This document shows positions 42,732 through 44,796 of a stretch of DNA of 44,796 bases, in pieces. Origin of the DNA: an uncultured Christensenella sp. (GTDB lineage: Bacteria > Bacillota > Clostridia > Christensenellales > UBA3700); contig CAJTKI010000003.1 of assembly GCA_910576875.1 (NCBI GenBank), positions 1 through 44,796 on the forward strand, given 5' to 3'. The first letter of the stretch is position 1, and each line of letters begins with the position of its first letter. Under the pieces are notes generated by a model. That model did not search any database. It was not told the origin of the DNA and saw nothing but the letters and a program-made list of their open reading frames with translations. A program made the translations under genes and the position numbers.

Positions 42732-43976
42732 ATGGATCATTTGGCGCAAACTTGGAACATTTATCGACCGAATCAGCCGTTGATCGAACGCCTGTACGCG
42801 ATGCAAGCAGGCGAAGACAACGCCGACGGATTTGTCGGCGCGTTGCTCGAATACGGCAATCGTCGCGGCGTATGCGGCGATCTGTGGAAGCATTATATCG
42901 CGGACTGGCTGGCGTGCGATCAAAACGCATACGCCGCGGCATGCGAGCGACAAGACCCGACGCCGTTTATGCGACGGCTTGCCGAAGCGGAAGCGCCCGC
43001 GCTGTACAACCTGTTCCACGCCGATCTATCGCAATGCAAAGCGATCCCGCGCGCGATCGCGCAATCGCTGACGCATGCGACGTGCCAATCGGTCTGCGAC
43101 GCGCCGTCCGCGCAGATCCGCGAACTGTGCGCGCAACTCGACGCGGCGCCCGATCCGATCGCATTTCTCGATACGATACAGGCTTATTACAAACAACACG
43201 GCGTCGGCGATCTGGGCATCTATACGGCGTTCCATATCCAAAAGCCCGATCCGACCCGCCCGTTGGCACTGTGCCCGATCGCGCAACCGGACGTACGAAA
43301 ATTCGATCAGATTGTCGGATACGAATTGCAAAAACGACAGGTCGCCGACAACACGCTTGCGTTTTTGGCAGGCAAACCGGCGAACAACGTCCTGCTCTAC
43401 GGCGACGGCGGCACCGGAAAATCGACGACCGTCAAAGCGTTGCTCGGAGAATACGCCCCGCAAGGTCTGCGGATCGTGGAGATCTACAAACATCAATTTG
43501 CGTTGATCGGCGAAGTCATTCGCCTGTTGCGCACGCGCAACTACAAATTTTTGCTCTATTTCGACGATCTTTCGTTCGAAGAATTCGAAACGGAATACAA
43601 ATATTTCAAAGCGATCATCGACGGCGGATTGGAACGGCGTCCCGACAACATGCTGATCTACGCGACGTCCAACCGACGGCATTTGATCCGCGAGAAATTC
43701 AGCGACAAAAACGATATGGAGTTTACCGACGATCTGCATCGCAGCGACACGTTGCAAGAAAAGCTGTCTTTGGCGGCGCGCTTCGGGCTGTCGCTCTTCT
43801 ATCCGTCTCCGACCCAACAGGAATATCTGCATATCGTGCGCGAATTGGCTACACGCAACCGCATCGACTTGCCGTCGGACGAATTGGACGCGCGCGCGTT
43901 GCAGTGGCAAATGCGCAACAGCGGCAAATCCGGTCGCAGCGCGCAGCAATTTATCGATTCGTTGCAATCCGTATAA
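42732..43976 (+). CDS. DUF815-family AAA-type ATPase
   Basis: 414 aa with Walker A (LLYGDGGTGKST) and Walker B (FLLYFDDLSF), then IYATSNRRHL. This layout is typical of DUF815/COG2607 proteins. Confidence 0.85.
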   Translation: MDHLAQTWNIYRPNQPLIERLYAMQAGEDNADGFVGALLEYGNRRGVCGDLWKHYIADWLACDQNAYAAACERQDPTPFMRRLAEAEAPALYNLFHADLSQCKAIPRAIAQSLTHATCQSVCDAPSAQIRELCAQLDAAPDPIAFLDTIQAYYKQHGVGDLGIYTAFHIQKPDPTRPLALCPIAQPDVRKFDQIVGYELQKRQVADNTLAFLAGKPANNVLLYGDGGTGKSTTVKALLGEYAPQGLRIVEIYKHQFALIGEVIRLLRTRNYKFLLYFDDLSFEEFETEYKYFKAIIDGGLERRPDNMLIYATSNRRHLIREKFSDKNDMEFTDDLHRSDTLQEKLSLAARFGLSLFYPSPTQQEYLHIVRELATRNRIDLPSDELDARALQWQMRNSGKSGRSAQQFIDSLQSV

Positions 43977-44037
43977 CGATTGCGACCACCGACCGTGCCG
44001 TTGCATCAACGCGTTTCGATCGATATTCGAAAAGATT

Positions 44038-44062
44038 ACGCCGCCCGTAAATCGGGCGGCGT
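44038..44062. terminator. Hairpin between convergent genes
   Basis: ACGCCGCCCG-TAAAT-CGGGCGGCGT forms a 10-bp stem. The flanking T-tracts are weak. Confidence 0.5.
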
Positions 44063-44103
44063 TCGCTTTCCTTACAATCCGAAACAGCGTTTGCTTGCAA
44101 ACA

Positions 44104-44796
44104 TTATTCCGTCTTCTTTTTGCGAATATTGCGAATGCTGATTTCGGTAAACCAAATTGCGAACAACAGCAACGTCATCGTACCCAAAAATACCGCGATA
44201 GCGATCATGATTTGTTTGAACCACGGTTCGCTCATACCGTTGCCGCCCGCATTGCCGTTGTTGCCGTCGGTTGCGAAATCAAACTCGTACGGCGCGCTCT
44301 GCGTCGGCGTCTCCGTTACCTGTCCATCGTCCGCGATAAACACGTAGTTGCTCGCGCTGTCGCCTTTCAACTTCGCGACGACGCTGTACGTCTGCCCCGC
44401 CTGCAACGCGTCTTCCGCCACGACGTTGCCCGCTGCGTCGCGATACTCGTATTCGATCTCCACTTTGCCGTCGTACTCCGTCGGCAGTTTCAGCGTCGGC
44501 TTGCCGTCCGCCGTTTCCCACTCGCCGCGCAATTGCGCCGGCAGGATATGCCATTCGATCGTAATCGCGCCGTCCGGATCTACGCCTTGCGGCGGATTCT
44601 CCCATTCCGCGCCGTCTTTCGGCGTGACCGTCAACGTATACGTCCCCGCGTTCGTTCCGCTCACGTCGCCCGTCAGTTGCATAAAGTCCGCGTTGTAGTT
44701 CTGCAACAACGTCGCAATGTCGATCGCACCGCCCGTATACGTCGGGTCGGTCAGCGTCGGGATTTGCAACAATACGCCGTCCTGTCCGCTGATGAA
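44104..44796 (-). CDS. C-terminal part of a large surface protein (Ig-like repeats plus a C-terminal TM anchor); the gene continues beyond the window end
   Basis: The reading frame is open to the window edge (FISGQDGVLLQIPTLTDP...). It has repeated TYTLTVTPKDGAEWE / GQTYSVVAKLKGD beta-rich units. It ends in a TM helix (IMIAIAVFLGTMTLLLFAIWF) and a basic tail. The ORF-track start is just an in-frame TTG. Confidence 0.7.
   Translation of the reverse strand, partial: FISGQDGVLLQIPTLTDPTYTGGAIDIATLLQNYNADFMQLTGDVSGTNAGTYTLTVTPKDGAEWENPPQGVDPDGAITIEWHILPAQLRGEWETADGKPTLKLPTEYDGKVEIEYEYRDAAGNVVAEDALQAGQTYSVVAKLKGDSASNYVFIADDGQVTETPTQSAPYEFDFATDGNNGNAGGNGMSEPWFKQIMIAIAVFLGTMTLLLFAIWFTEISIRNIRKKKTE

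Noticed and set aside
1-44796. CRISPR arrays, rRNA genes, IS elements or transposases, toxin-antitoxin pairs and known phage-defence operons
   Set aside because: I scanned both strands and all intergenic gaps. There are no regularly spaced direct repeats, no rRNA-like sequence and no transposase, integrase, nuclease-helicase or methyltransferase gene clusters. The only RNA gene found is tRNA-Leu.

Overview
GC-rich (about 60% by eye) chromosomal segment that looks like a Clostridia-type Firmicute. Nearly all genes are on the minus strand. In order: (1) the 5' part of the S10 ribosomal-protein operon (rpsJ-rplC-rplD-rplW-rplB-rpsS-rplV-rpsC-rplP'). (2) A 2H-phosphoesterase gene, a DUF1858 redox-disulfide protein, and a YdjI-like SPFH protein with a YdjG-like zinc-ribbon membrane protein. 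(3) An M1 metallopeptidase, a DUF3784 membrane protein and an unannotated 36-aa Cys-rich ORF. (4) An operon with two paralogous PF04392-type ABC binding lipoproteins, a fused permease/coiled-coil/ATPase, tcdA and a GH20 hexosaminidase. (5) A trimeric bifurcating-type [FeFe] hydrogenase, hydCBA. (6) A DAHP synthase. (7) A 1126-aa amylomaltase-pullulanase fusion. (8) A PadR/DUF1700/DUF4097 module. (9) metG-tatD-radical SAM-rsmA, joined by ATGA overlaps. (10) MFS, PNPOx-like, MATE and GNAT genes. (11) A less ordinary stretch next to tRNA-Leu(CAG): a BspA-type LRR lipoprotein, a 266-aa orphan, a 76-aa zinc-ribbon protein and a 250-nt patch of 20% GC. (12) A DUF815 ATPase and the C-terminus of a surface-anchored protein. 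I saw no CRISPR array, integrase, transposase, rRNA or recognisable defence system. The hunt section is therefore a set of separate modest leads, not one clear new system. All family calls rest on motifs I recognised by eye in the supplied translations. No searches were run.
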